DNA of 63,974 nucleotides, counting the filler, from Blastocystis sp. subtype 4 (Eukaryota): the NCBI RefSeq assembly GCF_000743755.1. It is 4 parts of 4 records of this genome, joined end to end, with 100 filler letters (N's around TTAATTAATTAA, not from the genome) between each part and the next. Parts side by side here need not be neighbours in the genome. Positions count along the whole stretch, not along the records: positions 54,761 to 63,974 come from NW_014569193.1; 3 more parts are not named here. One strand, 5' to 3'. This document shows, in pieces, positions 62,323 to 63,974 of the stretch. How positions within the stretch are numbered: the first letter of the stretch is position 1; every line of letters starts with the position of its first letter. The notes below the pieces were generated by a model that saw only the letters and a list, made by a program, of their open reading frames with translations, made no database searches and was not told where the DNA came from. Both the position numbers and the translations under genes were made by a program.

Positions 62323-63299
62323 TTGAGATGGATAAGTGTTTTATCTGAACTGTTTGTTTGAGTTAGTACTGTTATAATGACACTATCTGCAAGAAGCCAG
62401 GTGACTCTAGGTAAGTGCCGTTACCAATCAAAGTGATTGTAGTGAAGATTGATACTACATCTTTGTACAATATGAAGACAACGAATACAGTAGTAGCTCG
62501 AAATGATTCAGGACCAAAGAATATCGTTGTTGAAGCAGGATACTATGATCAAGAATCATTAGAAGAGATGTTCTCACATTTCACAGAAGATGATATCCAC
62601 ATCCTTCTGGTCCTGCTTATGATCTAGTGTTTCAACAAGCACCTGATTTGTGATTGGTTTCGCTTATACTATCGTCATAATGAATCGGGCTTATGGAATC
62701 CCTCTACATCAATAATATCTTTCTGTGATCATAGATAGTGTCAAAAATGATTCATAGAGGCTACAAGATGATTCATTGTAGTGAGATGCTTTCACTTGAA
62801 GATAGAAGGATCAATAACTGATCCTCTTCATCAAATCCTTCAAAGCTGGATTGACCTGCCATTCTGTTATTGGGATTCATTTCAATTCATGTTGAATGGT
62901 TGTAGCATATCTTCTAGATGAATTCCCTTACTTCCTCTACTCTTTCAAATCATACTATCCATATCAAGTTCCAACAACTGCTACTTAGTATAGTTGCCAG
63001 AAACCAATGAACTCAGCTTAGCGAGGAGAAAGGTCATGAAGGACGTCTCATCTCTCCTTACACAATCTGACTTCAATAAATAACAACAAAGAGCTCATTA
63101 GTACATTCGCCATCAATTGTGTGAACTGTTGCTTTAATAACACCTGCTTTTCTGTCGAATGAATCTATCAAGAGAATCAGCATCTCAATCATTAGCAATC
63201 AATCAGTTGTACTTGAACTGTACAATTCTTTCACTTCACAGAATGAATTATTCACTTGAAGACTATCTTCAGTGAGTGATGGAATGTCTAGTTCAAATT

Positions 63300-63974
63300 C
63301 AATCATCAATCATCACTATCTAATATCACTTTTCCTATATGCCAGAAAGTACGTCTCTCTCCCTGGAAAAATAATAGATAAGGGAGATCTCATCAATCAA
63401 TCATTACCATCATTCATACTCTTCATTATCAATTCATTCGATTCAACTGTTTCTTCATCACCATGAAGAGACGCCCATTCAAGAGTGATGGATTGAAGTC
63501 GAATCAGATCTCACTCATCATTCAGTCAATCATTCATACTCTCAAATACTATTGAATGACATTTCCAGAACGTCCATCTATCCAGTCGAATAGATATGAG
63601 AGAAGGAAGATTCTTCAATTCTAATGATTCATAATAGTGGAATGATCTCTCTCCAATATGGAAATCACTCAATTGATCACAATTCATTATCAAACATTTG
63701 CTTCCTTCTCCAGTATTAGTATCGAGTTCAAAGCTATTCTTTCCAATGATGATAGTCTTCAGTTTATTCAATCCATCTATCACAAATCGACTCACTTTCT
63801 TCAAACAATCATGTCCAATGTCAATTCGTTTCAATGATATCAATGAATTGTTCAATATCAATGATGATATATCAGGATTGAAATCATCAGCAATAATCAG
63901 AGATTCAACACAACTAGTAACAATCAATTCACAATCATCAATCCATTTCATTCTCATATCATCATTAACATCAA
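63300..63974 (-). pseudogene. Lineage-specific LRR-like (BspA-like) repeat family member, partial/degenerate
   Basis: LKRIDIGHDCL, LKTIIIGKNSF, LELKNLPSLISIRL repeats; downstream sequence loses frame; 5' end outside the window. Confidence 0.55.

Overview
Gene-dense, AT-rich eukaryotic nuclear DNA that I infer to be from Blastocystis (an anaerobic gut stramenopile). The basis is ~30-nt GT-AG introns in most genes, intergenic spacers often under 100 nt, and a TGTTTGTT element at gene 3' ends. Four contigs are joined by artificial N-padded TTAATTAATTAA linkers. About 45 protein genes and one tRNA-Ala(CGC) can be supported. Several are missed or misread by the ORF track (CCT7, SYS1, Siva-like, NDUFA1, Sec61-gamma, RPL29, RPL24, a GNAT, DUF1294). 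Highlights: (1) at least five genes appear to get their stop codon from polyadenylation; (2) an intron-containing, archaeal-type (AF0577-like) radical SAM/SPASM enzyme, plus other prokaryote-like genes (GNAT, DUF1294, UDP-sugar dehydrogenase, an Ig-like surface protein); (3) MSH2 lacking domain I; (4) a multi-pass membrane inositol 5-phosphatase; (5) the TSET subunit TTRAY2; (6) divergent actin regulators (CARMIL, a WASP-type WH1 protein, CYFIP); (7) a shared 14-bp palindromic upstream element; (8) a tRNA occupying the promoter region of a glycosyltransferase. All gene models were spliced by eye and family calls rest on remembered motifs, not database searches, so internal exon boundaries and some starts are approximate.
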